A stretch of DNA of 64,000 nt from Bacteroidota bacterium (GTDB lineage: Bacteria; Bacteroidota; Bacteroidia; Bacteroidales; JAAUTT01): NCBI GenBank assembly GCA_023429135.1, contig JAEYWD010000057.1, positions 81,261-145,260 on the forward strand. The letters run 5' to 3'. Below the pieces are notes generated by a model. The model ran no database searches. It saw nothing but the letters and a program-made list of their open reading frames with translations, and was not told the origin of the DNA. Below, one piece after another: positions 17,734-28,000 of this stretch (positions are counted from its first letter, which is position 1; each line of letters begins with the position of its first letter). The position numbers were made by a program, and so were the translations under genes.

Positions 17734-18626
17734 AATCTTTGAGTTACTATCTTCTATATGCATTCTCGTTAATGTTTGCAATTCTCCCGTTAAGAGTATT
17801 ATATGTTATTTCCGACGTTTTTTATTACCTGAATTACTATTTGGTTCAATACCGTAAGAAAATTGTATTACAAAATCTCAGAAATTCCTTTCCAGAGAAA
17901 ACCGATAAGGAAATAAAGGCGATTGCAAAGAAATTTTACCGGCATTTTGGCGACCTATTTGTGGAAACTCTTAAAATGATGCACATGCCCTTGTCAGAAA
18001 GTCGTAAGAGAATTACGTTAAAAAATCCTGAAATTTTTGAAAAACTATATTCAAAGAACAAACTCATTTTAGTAGCGTTAGGACATTACAACAACTGGGA
18101 GTGGATTTCGATGATGTCAAAGCCGGAATTTTCGGTTATCTCTTTATACAAACCATTGCACGATCCGAATTTTGATCGTTTTATGCTGAAACTTAGAACT
18201 ATGAAAGGCAGCATACTCGTTTCAACAACCCAGACACTGCGCTTTTTAAACAGTTGGAACGAACCTGAGAAAAGAGGATTTTTTTGCTTTATCGCCGACC
18301 AGTCGCCGTTGTTAAAAGATATACATTACTGGACACAATTCCTTAACCAAACCACTCCAATATTTATAGGTATTGAAAAAATTGCTGTAAAATTCAATTT
18401 ACCTGTTTGTTTCTTCCGATTAGAAAAAGTAAAAAGAGGATATTATCAACTCGAAATTGTTCCTATAACTGAAAATCCGGCTGGCACCAAGCCCTATGAA
18501 ATTACAGAGGCTCACGTAAGATTACTTGAAGATGATATAAAAAAGAAACCTGAGTTTTGGTTATGGTCGCACCGGAGGTGGAAACGACAATATGAGGATA
18601 TAAATAATACCCCGTCCAATGCTTAA
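17730..18626 (+). CDS. Lipid A biosynthesis (LpxL/HtrB-type) / lysophospholipid acyltransferase family protein
   Basis: 298-aa ORF with an N-terminal TM, an HYNNWE (HX4E-type) acyltransferase motif and a family-typical C-terminus (EFWLWSHRRWK). Its start overlaps the suhB stop as ATGA. Confidence 0.7.
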   Translation: MKSLSYYLLYAFSLMFAILPLRVLYVISDVFYYLNYYLVQYRKKIVLQNLRNSFPEKTDKEIKAIAKKFYRHFGDLFVETLKMMHMPLSESRKRITLKNPEIFEKLYSKNKLILVALGHYNNWEWISMMSKPEFSVISLYKPLHDPNFDRFMLKLRTMKGSILVSTTQTLRFLNSWNEPEKRGFFCFIADQSPLLKDIHYWTQFLNQTTPIFIGIEKIAVKFNLPVCFFRLEKVKRGYYQLEIVPITENPAGTKPYEITEAHVRLLEDDIKKKPEFWLWSHRRWKRQYEDINNTPSNA

Positions 18627-19620
18627 ATGCGCCGTCGTAATTCTTAACTGGAACGGTTTGGGATTTCTGAAAGAATTCCTTCCAACTGCCATAAAATACA
18701 CTTCAGATAACTCGGAGATTATTGTTGCCGACAATGCGTCAACCGATGGTTCTGTCGAGTTTCTTGAAAAAGAATACCCACAAACAAAAATTATTAAGCT
18801 TGATAAAAATTATGGTTTTACAGGAGGATATAACCGCTCTTTGGCCCAGGTCGAAGCCGAATACTATATTTTACTAAACTCTGATGTTGAAGTAACTCCA
18901 GGCTGGGATGAACCTCTCATAAAAATTCTCGATACCCGAAAGGATGTTGGCGCTGTAATGCCTAAAATGCTTTCGTATTACAACCATAAAGAGTTTGAAT
19001 ATGCAGGAGCTGCTGGAGGTTTTTTAGATAAATACGGGTATCCGTTCTGTCGCGGTAGGGTTTTTCATACTCTGGAAGATGATCACGGACAATACGATGG
19101 AGTTCACGAAATATTCTGGGCTTCAGGAGCCTGTTTAACAGTCAGGGCACAACTCTTTCACCAGCTCGGTGGGTTGGACGATATTTTGTTTGCTCATATG
19201 GAAGAAATTGATTTTTGCTGGCGTTTACACCACTTGAATTATAAAGTTTTGGTAACATCCGAATCAGTAATATATCATCTAGGCGGAGGTACATTACCAA
19301 AATACAGCCCTCACAAATCGTTCCTCAACTTTAGAAACAATCTGATAATCCTGTACAAAAACCTTCCCCGTCCTTTATTCAATAAAATTTACATTGCCCG
19401 CATTATACTCGACCTTATTGCGGCTTTTTATTTTTTGGCCAACTTCAATTTCTCAGGCTTTTATGTTGTTTTTAAGGCCCATGTCGTTTTTAATCAATAC
19501 CGCTCTTCACGCGAGATAAAAAGAGTAACCAACCCAATGCCCGAGCCTCATTTCATAAATAAAAGCACTGTAATTCAATACTTTTTAAAGGGTAAAAAAT
19601 ATTTTAGTCAAATTTCCTGA
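18619..19620 (+). CDS. Family 2 glycosyltransferase
   Basis: 333-aa ORF with VVILNWNG...ADNASTDGS...LLNSDVEV (DxD-type) GT-A motifs. It overlaps the upstream gene by 8 nt. Confidence 0.8.
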   Translation: MLKCAVVILNWNGLGFLKEFLPTAIKYTSDNSEIIVADNASTDGSVEFLEKEYPQTKIIKLDKNYGFTGGYNRSLAQVEAEYYILLNSDVEVTPGWDEPLIKILDTRKDVGAVMPKMLSYYNHKEFEYAGAAGGFLDKYGYPFCRGRVFHTLEDDHGQYDGVHEIFWASGACLTVRAQLFHQLGGLDDILFAHMEEIDFCWRLHHLNYKVLVTSESVIYHLGGGTLPKYSPHKSFLNFRNNLIILYKNLPRPLFNKIYIARIILDLIAAFYFLANFNFSGFYVVFKAHVVFNQYRSSREIKRVTNPMPEPHFINKSTVIQYFLKGKKYFSQIS

Positions 19621-19685
19621 TTTTTCTTTGAAATAGCTGATTACTTTTCCCCTGTTTAAGGATTAATAGCTAAAACAGGTTAGTT

Positions 19686-20447
19686 ATGACCAAAAGTGCT
19701 TTATTGTCTGAAAGAGATACCGTACAGAAGCTGGAAAATAAGATTCTGGAGTTAGAAAAAGCCAATCTTCGCCTGCAGGAATACTTTGCTAAAATCTCAG
19801 AAAGTAACAATCATGAGTGCCTTACACCCTTTTCAGGTAAGCATACTTTTAAATGTTCGCTAAAGTTTACCATCGACCTGGAATTAAATAAAGTAGTTTG
19901 GGTAAATACAAAAAAGAACAACTTCCAATTTAAACATGAGAAGTTTTTCCTCATGGATATTGAGCCACTCTCAAACAAACTCATTGCCCAAATTGACAGA
20001 AACCGATTTTTGGACCTTATAAACAAATCCAGAGAGAAAGAAGGCTTTTACATGCAAACATTATTCAGAACCAACAATGAAAACAAAAACTTCGATTGGG
20101 GACTTGCAATATTTGAGAAAACAAGCTACGGATTACCCGATGAACAATATCTACAGGTTGAAATTGTAATGCTTGAAGAAACCTCTGACTTGGCTGATCT
20201 TTTGGGTGAATTTACCAAAAAGATCGAAAAGACGGATCATTATCAGAAAATTGAATCCCTGACTGAAAGACAACGTGAAATCCTGGGCTTTTTAGGAAAG
20301 GGGCTTACCAGTAAAGAAATTGCTGATAAATTAAGCATTAGCTTTCATACAGTGGAGGCTCACCGTAAAATAATTGCCAGGAAAACACAAACGAAAAAAA
20401 GGGCAGCTCTGATTTGTCTGGCTGCTAAAGTTGGTATTTTAAAATAA
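19686..20447 (+). CDS. LuxR-family transcriptional regulator (coiled-coil plus sensor-like N-terminus, C-terminal LuxR HTH)
   Basis: 253-aa ORF. The C-terminus LTERQREILGFLGKGLTSKEIADKLSISFHTVEAHRKII is a LuxR/FixJ-type HTH. No receiver domain is present. Confidence 0.75.
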   Translation: MTKSALLSERDTVQKLENKILELEKANLRLQEYFAKISESNNHECLTPFSGKHTFKCSLKFTIDLELNKVVWVNTKKNNFQFKHEKFFLMDIEPLSNKLIAQIDRNRFLDLINKSREKEGFYMQTLFRTNNENKNFDWGLAIFEKTSYGLPDEQYLQVEIVMLEETSDLADLLGEFTKKIEKTDHYQKIESLTERQREILGFLGKGLTSKEIADKLSISFHTVEAHRKIIARKTQTKKRAALICLAAKVGILK

Positions 20448-20589
20448 AATCCTCTTTTTAGGGTATAGTTTTTATTGATTAAAGTTTTAAAATTGATCTT
20501 TAATAAAAAATAGAAACACAGAATATTGATAATTTGAAAAGAAAGTTTAATTTGGAGTCAGAATTTTGTACCGGAAAGTTTAAAAAAGA

Positions 20590-20997
20590 ATGAAATATCA
20601 GTGGGCAAATAAAAATATACTGTTTGCTGAAGATGATGAAGCCAGCTCGGTATATTTGTCCGAATTATTAAAAATTAACGGAGCAACAGTTACTAATTGT
20701 TCCAGTGGATTGAAAGCAGTTTCAATTTGCATGGAAAATCCATCCATAGATTTGGTGTTAATGGACATGAGATTACCTGAACTCGATGGCTATGAGGCTA
20801 CCAGAATGATTAAAAACTTACGTCCTGAACTTCCCGTTATAGCTGTTACTGCATGTGCAATGCTGGAAGACAGACGCAGATGTAAAATTGCCGGCTGCGA
20901 CGGTTACTTATCCAAACCTGTGATGCCTAAGGAATTTCTACCCATGGTTCAATCCTTTTTATTCCCTGAAAGAATCAAAAGTTATTCGGAAATATAG
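20590..20997 (+). CDS. Stand-alone response regulator receiver protein
   Basis: 135-aa ORF with the acidic pocket (AEDDE), a phospho-acceptor Asp (LVLMDMRLPELDG), T (AVTA) and K (LSKP). It has no output domain. Confidence 0.85.
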   Translation: MKYQWANKNILFAEDDEASSVYLSELLKINGATVTNCSSGLKAVSICMENPSIDLVLMDMRLPELDGYEATRMIKNLRPELPVIAVTACAMLEDRRRCKIAGCDGYLSKPVMPKEFLPMVQSFLFPERIKSYSEI

Positions 20998-20998
20998 C

Positions 20999-22285
20999 TT
21001 ACAAAATTTCGGCTATTTTTTCGAGTTTAATTCCTCTAGAGCCTTTTAACAAAAACAAAAAACCTTCTAAATTTTCATTTTGGAACCAAACCCTCGCTTC
21101 TTCGGAAGTGACAAAGGATTTAAATACCTTATTATTTATAAGCCCTTGAAATATAGGCCCTACAAAAACAACAAGAGATGGATTTAAAGCTTGTACCTGG
21201 TTAATAACTTTTCTGTGTTCTACCCCAGCTTCTTCACCTAACTCCAGCATATCGCCCAATACAACAGCCTTCTTATTGTGCTCCATTTTTGAGAAGTTTT
21301 CAATCGCAACCTCCATGCTGCTCGGATTAGCATTATAGTAATCCATAAGCAAACTGTTTTTCTCGGTGTGTTTTATCTGACTTCTTTGGTTTGAAGGTTC
21401 GTAACTTTCCAGGGCACCCTTTATTTTATCGTAAGAAACACCAAAAAACATCCCAATGCAAACCGCGGCAAGAGCATTTTCAAGATTGTATCGGCCAGCA
21501 AGTTTGGTATTAATAACACCTTGATTAACGACATTAAATTCCAGAAAGGGATCTGCCTTAATTATCTCACCTACATATTGTGAGTCGTCGGAGCTGCCAT
21601 AAAAAACTTTAGTAACCTGTTTACCATCCAAAAGAGACCTCAATATCTCGTTACCTCCATTTGCAAACACTACTCCTTTATTACTTATAAGATGCGAATA
21701 CAATTCGTTTTTGGTTTTTTTAACGCCTTCAAAACCACCAAAACCTTCGAGATGAGCCTTTCCGATATTTGTAATTATGCCATGTGTTGGCATAGCAATA
21801 TTACAAAGGAATCCAATTTCACCGGGATGATTGGCTCCCATCTCAATAATTGCTATTTCAGTTTCCTTATTTACTCTTAACAAGGTAAGTGGAACACCGA
21901 TGTGATTATTGAGATTACCTTCTGTAAAGAGTACTTTATACTTTGCTCCAAGAGTTTTAGAGATTAACTCCTTTGTAGTTGTTTTACCATTTGAACCAGT
22001 TATACCCACAAAGGGAATTTTAAACTGATCGCGATGATACCTTGCTAGCTTTTGTAAAGCCTTTAAACAATCGTCGACCAGTATGTACCTTTTGTCCTTT
22101 ACAAAATCTGCATTATCGACAACTGCAAACGAACATCCTTTATTAATGGCATCCTGGGCAAAAGTGTTGCCATCAAAGTTATCGCCACTCAAAGCAAAAA
22201 AGATATTTCCATCCGACACTTTACGTGTATCGGTAGTTACTCCGGTACTTTCAAGGAATAATTTATATAAATTGGCTGTTTCCAT
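20999..22285 (-). CDS. murF: UDP-N-acetylmuramoyl-tripeptide--D-alanyl-D-alanine ligase
   Basis: 428-aa ORF with a Mur ligase P-loop (GITGSNGKTTTKE) and MurF-typical blocks (DYYNANPSSM, GDMLELG). Confidence 0.9.
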   Translation of the reverse strand: METANLYKLFLESTGVTTDTRKVSDGNIFFALSGDNFDGNTFAQDAINKGCSFAVVDNADFVKDKRYILVDDCLKALQKLARYHRDQFKIPFVGITGSNGKTTTKELISKTLGAKYKVLFTEGNLNNHIGVPLTLLRVNKETEIAIIEMGANHPGEIGFLCNIAMPTHGIITNIGKAHLEGFGGFEGVKKTKNELYSHLISNKGVVFANGGNEILRSLLDGKQVTKVFYGSSDDSQYVGEIIKADPFLEFNVVNQGVINTKLAGRYNLENALAAVCIGMFFGVSYDKIKGALESYEPSNQRSQIKHTEKNSLLMDYYNANPSSMEVAIENFSKMEHNKKAVVLGDMLELGEEAGVEHRKVINQVQALNPSLVVFVGPIFQGLINNKVFKSFVTSEEARVWFQNENLEGFLFLLKGSRGIKLEKIAEIL

Positions 22286-22293
22286 AACTGTAA

Positions 22294-22320
22294 CAAAAAA
22301 AAGGGGCTATTAGCCCCTTT
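22294..22320 (-). terminator. Intrinsic terminator after gldJ
   Basis: The minus strand reads AAAGGGGC-TAATA-GCCCCTTT followed by a T-run (A8 on the plus strand at 22294-22301). Confidence 0.6.
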
Positions 22321-22340
22321 GATTATATCTGAATTCAATA

Positions 22341-23837
22341 TTATTTCTTCTTTGCAACTCCTCTTGGAGACCCAACACGTATCATAGCACAGCGAAAACC
22401 AAGGTCGTCGCGCGATTGATCCTGCTGGAGGAAACGACGTGTACCAGGACTTAACCAGTATGCTCTGTCCTTCCATGAACCACCTTTATAAACTCTTACA
22501 TTGTCGTTAATAAGAGAGCTTACATCTCCAGCCTTTTGAGAATACATTCTGTTTGAACCCGGAGTTTTTTCACCTTCAGTATTGGTATAATCAGTACTGG
22601 AGGCTAAGTCGCCGTCATTAAAGTTTCTATAATCAGACTTTTTAATATCTCTCCATTTTTCAGTGGCTTCAGCTTCGGTGATAGGTCTCTTGCGCAAGCG
22701 GCCAAGACTATCTTTCTGAGCTACATTACCTTCTTCATCTCTTTCGAGAGTTTCGAATTGGTTACCACGGAAAGGACGGAATTCGTTGAAATCTTCGAGA
22801 GAAAGAGGACGATAAACATCCAAACACCATTCGTTTACGTTACCAGCCATATTATAGAGTCCATAATCATTTGGCCAGAACGACATAACCGGAACTGTAA
22901 TACTACCAGCATCGTTCAGAGCACCGGCAACCCCCATGTTATCACCACGTCCGCGGATAAAGTTTGCTCTCATATCGCCACGATATTTTTTATCGTCGTT
23001 ACGAACATTGTGTCCATTCCAGGGATATATTCTTCTTTCGAATATTCTTTCATCGTAAGAATTTCCAACAAGACCAAGAGCGGCATATTCCCATTCAGCT
23101 TCGGTTGGGAGACGGTATTTTGGTAAAATCAAACCATCTTCCATCTTCACTTTTCTTTCTTCCTGATCAGGATTCAAACTTGGAAGATTTTGCTTAACCA
23201 AACCTTCATACTGCCCGGCAAGATAAGCTTCGGTATTGAAGTTTTCCTGTCCTTTTTGATTTGGATCCACATCAAGAATGCCTTCCCGGATGAGTATATT
23301 TTCGTTTACACGGTCGGTACGCCAAGTACAATAGTCGTTTGCCTGTAACCAGTTAACGCCAACAACGGGATAATCGTTATAGGAAGGGTGACGGAAATAG
23401 TACTCCACATATGGCTCGTTGTAAGCGAGTTTTTTTCTCCAAACGAGGGTATCGGGCAAAGCATTTTTGTATACTTCAGGATAATCGGAGAAAATTCTTG
23501 AAAGCCAATATAAGTATTCCCGGTAATCGACATTGGTAATTTCGGTTTCGTCCATATAAAATGATTCCACAGTTACCCGGCGTGGTACATTATTCCAATC
23601 GTAAGTAAGATCCTGTTCTACCCTACCCATTGTAAACGAACCACCTTCCACAAAAACAAGGCCTGGCCCTGTTTCCTGTTCTATAGCCTGTTTAACTTCG
23701 AATCCTCCATTGTCGGGATCGTTATAGTTCCAACCGGTGGTTGGAGATACTCCCTTTCCCTTTCCTCCAAAAATACAGGAGCTTACCAGAACGACCAAGG
23801 CAGCAAATAATGTGAAATTCACTAATTTCCTATTCAT
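22341..23837 (-). CDS. gldJ: Gliding motility / T9SS lipoprotein GldJ (SUMF1/FGE-like domain)
   Basis: Lipoprotein signal MNRKLVNFTLFAALVVLVSSC, used here as the start (the ORF extends to 23885). It carries formylglycine-generating-enzyme-like blocks (GGSFTMG, NVNEWCLD, YKGGSW, GFRCA). The position next to murF matches Flavobacterium johnsoniae. Confidence 0.85.
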   Translation of the reverse strand: MNRKLVNFTLFAALVVLVSSCIFGGKGKGVSPTTGWNYNDPDNGGFEVKQAIEQETGPGLVFVEGGSFTMGRVEQDLTYDWNNVPRRVTVESFYMDETEITNVDYREYLYWLSRIFSDYPEVYKNALPDTLVWRKKLAYNEPYVEYYFRHPSYNDYPVVGVNWLQANDYCTWRTDRVNENILIREGILDVDPNQKGQENFNTEAYLAGQYEGLVKQNLPSLNPDQEERKVKMEDGLILPKYRLPTEAEWEYAALGLVGNSYDERIFERRIYPWNGHNVRNDDKKYRGDMRANFIRGRGDNMGVAGALNDAGSITVPVMSFWPNDYGLYNMAGNVNEWCLDVYRPLSLEDFNEFRPFRGNQFETLERDEEGNVAQKDSLGRLRKRPITEAEATEKWRDIKKSDYRNFNDGDLASSTDYTNTEGEKTPGSNRMYSQKAGDVSSLINDNVRVYKGGSWKDRAYWLSPGTRRFLQQDQSRDDLGFRCAMIRVGSPRGVAKKK

Positions 23838-23907
23838 AACTGTTGAGGTTTTTTTATTTCTAATATACAAATAATTTGAATTCAATTTACTAGCTTTTCC
23901 CGAATTA

Positions 23908-24900
23908 TCAAAATTTTGGGCATTTTACTTGTCTCATTTTTTTTCGTTCATTATACTTAAAATCCAATTGAAATGTTACCTCATGAGCCCCATTATTTAT
24001 AACATTTTTCGAAAAATTAATCAACCGCAAATCGTAACTATATACAATCGTGAAATTTGAAACTCTTGTGCCAACCAGTAAAATTAGCGATTCCAGGCTA
24101 AAATTGTTATCGCTGCGTAACCAGACACCCCCAATAAACGGATTATATTCAAAATTACTACCCGCTGAAATGTAGTTATAACGGGATTGTTGCTGATATA
24201 TTATACCCGGTTTGTAAATCATCTCCTTGTCGGTGAATTTTCCTACATATTTTTTTATTTGAGTGACATACTGGAATGTAAAACGCATTGGCAAACGCAT
24301 TGGTGTTCCGTTTAATGAAGCATTGGGGCGGTTAAGATGATGCACCGCAAGAGATATCCAGTGTTTGCCTTTTAAATAGGAGTATACTCCAAAACCAAAA
24401 TCGGGATACCATTTTGATTCGCCTGGAATAATTTCAGGATCGTTCCATGTATCATAAGGAGACTGCGAGATGCTTGTCAGGCTTCTGGCCTTCTGATATA
24501 CCGAGGCTGATAATCCGAATGAAATATTCATGTCTCTGCTTAATTCCGTCTGATAATTGTAATTGAAATCGAATCCTGTTACATTAAAGGTGGAATTTCC
24601 AATAACATCGCGCATCACAGAAAATCCCAAACCACTTTTGATAGTTGGAATATTCTGATCATAGGTAAGATAATAAGTTGTAAAAGCATTGTTCATCCCA
24701 GGCCACTGATTCCGATACCCTCCCATTACGCGTGCATTCTCCGTAGTTCCGGAATAGGCAGGATTATGATACAATTGCCTGAACATAAACTGCGAAAACA
24801 AAGGATCTTGTGCCTGAATAGAGCAACAAACACCTAAAAACACTGTGGCAGTCAGTATCTTCAACCTTAAGCAAACTTTAAGAGACTTAATAATGAACAT
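23908..24900 (-). CDS. PorP/SprF family type IX secretion system membrane protein
   Basis: 330-aa ORF with a signal sequence followed by QDPLFSQFMF...NPAYSG, the family-defining N-terminus. The beta-barrel-like composition ends in an aromatic residue. Confidence 0.8.
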   Translation of the reverse strand: MFIIKSLKVCLRLKILTATVFLGVCCSIQAQDPLFSQFMFRQLYHNPAYSGTTENARVMGGYRNQWPGMNNAFTTYYLTYDQNIPTIKSGLGFSVMRDVIGNSTFNVTGFDFNYNYQTELSRDMNISFGLSASVYQKARSLTSISQSPYDTWNDPEIIPGESKWYPDFGFGVYSYLKGKHWISLAVHHLNRPNASLNGTPMRLPMRFTFQYVTQIKKYVGKFTDKEMIYKPGIIYQQQSRYNYISAGSNFEYNPFIGGVWLRSDNNFSLESLILLVGTRVSNFTIVYSYDLRLINFSKNVINNGAHEVTFQLDFKYNERKKMRQVKCPKF

Positions 24901-25043
24901 TGTAGATATAAGTGGCCTTAAAATATTTTAATAACGCATCTTTTCATGTTTGTATTGTAAATCTCTTTTTGTATGCTTGTACAATATTAAGAACATTGTA
25001 TCCGTTTTAATAGTTTAACGAAATCACACAACACTCAAATACT

Positions 25044-28000
25044 ATGAGATTTTTCTCAAAAATACCATTTCTCATATTATTAACAGCTAATTCTTTCATT
25101 TCTTTCGCTTTTTCTTCCGATACTTTAAAATATACTATAAACTGGTTTTCGCCTTCTCCTTCATGGCTGCCCTCCGATTCAGGAAAAGGTAAAATTCTTC
25201 TGAATTTCGAAAACGCCCGGTATAATTTGAAAGGAATTCCCTTATTTATTTCAACGTTACCCGTTGATAATAATTGTTCGGAAGTTCAGCTCGAGGCTCT
25301 TTCTTTAACATACGACACTATTGTAAATACAGAGAACATCTCAAACCTGAATGACTTTCCGGAAGAATTCGCCTTTTCGGCTGATGTTCTTCAGGAGGGA
25401 AAAAGGAATTTCGCACAAATATCGGTAATTCCTGCAATCCGAAAAAACAACAGGCTTATCCTTCTCAAAGGTTTTTCATTTGGGTTTTCCCAAATAAAAC
25501 ACCTTTCAACTAAAAAAAGTTATACGGACCGCTGGGAATCTTTATCAGTATTAAATTTGGGAGCATGGAAAAAAATTGCAGTAACCCAGACCGGAGTTTA
25601 TAAAATTACTTTCGCTGAAATAAAAAGTCTGGGCATTACAAATCCATCCGATATCAGGATATTCGGCAACGGAGGAAATATGCTTCCTGAAAAGTTCAAC
25701 GAAAGCGGCACCGATGACCTTGTTGAAATTCCTGTATTCCTTTACAAAGGAGCTGACGGGGTTTTTAACGAAGGTGATTTTGTGCTTTTCTTTGCAACAG
25801 GACCGGTTACCTGGGAATATAATACAACTAACAAACGGTTTGTACATTCAAAACACCAGTACACCGGCAAAATATTCTATTTTGTAACCTCAGGCACCAG
25901 TGGAGCCAAAATACCCGCTGCTGCAGCAATTGACAAAACAGAAGACTTCTCTGTCAATTCTTTTGTCGACTACAATGTGCATGAAGAAAACCTCTACAAC
26001 CTTATCCGGTCGGGACGAAACTGGTATGGTGAGAAATTTGAAATGCAGAGCAGCAAAAATTTCAATTTTACTTTTCCCGATCCCGTTGAAAACAGCAATT
26101 TAACTATCGAAGCGGAAGTTTTGGCCCGTTCCGAAACCAATACCGGCTTTGTTGCCCGCTATAACAATCAAACTCTGGTGTCCCAAATAATGGGACGTGT
26201 ATATACAAACGACGAAACTTCAAACTATGCCGATGCAAGAACTTTTACAGCAAACGGTGCTATTGCCGGTAAAGACGTAGTTATTAGCCTGAATTTCGAT
26301 AACAAAGGAGATAATTCGGCCATGGGTTGGCTCAATTATTTAAGAATTAATGCAAAAAGGAAGTTAAAATACAATAATGATCAATTATTATTCAGGGATA
26401 CAACCGCTCTATTTCAATCGAAAACAGCTCTTTACACAATCGAAAATGCATCATCGGATCTGATGCTGTGGGATGTATCCAATTTAAATAGTGTAAAAAT
26501 CATTAATTATAACCTGTCGGGACAGCAAATTTCATTTAAGGCACAAACAGATACATTGCGCAACTATGTTTTATTTAACCCATCGAAAACACTCACACCT
26601 GATTTTCTGAAAGACGAAGATAATTCCGTAGCTAATCAGAATCTGCATTCGTTGTCGAACATCCAAATGGTTATTATAGCTCACCCTTCCTTTTTAACCG
26701 AAGCTGAGGAACTTGCCGAAATTCACAGGACCAACGATCATCTCTCGGTAATAACTGTAACTCCCGATCAGATTTACAACGAATTTTCTTCAGGTAATCC
26801 CGATCCGGCAGCTTACCGCAATTTTATGAAAATGCTTTACGACAAGGCCGCCAGCCCCGAAGAAATGCCTAAATACCTGCTTCTATTTGGTGATGGCTCT
26901 TACAAAAACTTTAACACTCCTGATTCCAAAGAAGTTAATACCAATCTGATCTTAACGTATCAGTCATCAAACTCCTTACGACCAGTTAGTTCTTATGTTT
27001 CCGATGATTATTTCGGTTTGCTCGATGATAACGAAAGTATTGAAATGGGGTTGCTGGATATTGGCATTGGAAGATTTCCTGTTACAACATCTCAACAAGC
27101 TAAGGCTGTTTTAAACAAAATTAAAAGGTACATCTCTGCCAATGCTGCTGGAAACTGGCGTAACGACATATGTTTTATTGCCGACGACGAAGATGGAAAT
27201 GTCCACATGTCTCAAGCCGACCAGCTTTCAACCTACTTAAATACAAATTATCCGTTTTTTAACAGTAAGAAAATATATTCCGACTCCTATCCTCAGGTTA
27301 CAACTTCAGCGGGGCCCCGGTACCCCGAGGTAAACAAGGCAATTGAAAACACATTAAAACAAGGAGTTTTGATAATGAATTACACTGGCCACGGCGGAGA
27401 AGACGGACTTGCTCATGAACAGATTCTGCGTCAGGCTGAAGTAAAAAGCTGGAACAACATTATTTACCCATTATTTGTAACCGCTACCTGTGAATTCAGT
27501 CGTTTCGACGATTACAAGAGGATCACTGCCGGTGAGGATGTACTATTGAATGAAAATGGAGGAGGAATTGCATTACTAACTACAACACGTCTTGTCTACA
27601 GCGGGCCGAATTTTATCCTGAATCAGGAATTCTATCGGAATTTTGCAGAAAAGGACAACAACGGTAATCCCCTGCGTTTGGGAGACATTCTGAAGAGAAC
27701 CAAAAATGCCTCCGGAACCGATATAAACAAGCTTTGTTTCACACTGCTTGGAGATCCTGCATTGCAGCTTGCATATCCAAAAATGAATATTAAAACCACT
27801 CACATCAACTCAAAGGATATCAATGGGAGTTTAGACACCCTAAAGGCATACAAGGAAATAACAATTAAAGGTTTGGTAACTGACCATATAGGAAATTTAT
27901 CATCAGGCTTCAACGGTGTTATTTATCCTTCGTTATTCGATAAGAAACAAGTTGTAAAAACTCTGAATAACGATAATGGAACACCTTTTATTTATGAACA

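Noticed and set aside
20995-21001. Convergent stop codons of the receiver gene (TAG 20995-20997) and murF (TAA 20999-21001) separated by a single nucleotide, leaving no room for terminators
   Set aside because: The geometry is real, but tight convergent gene ends are common in compact genomes. Without transcript data there is no evidence for antisense regulation.
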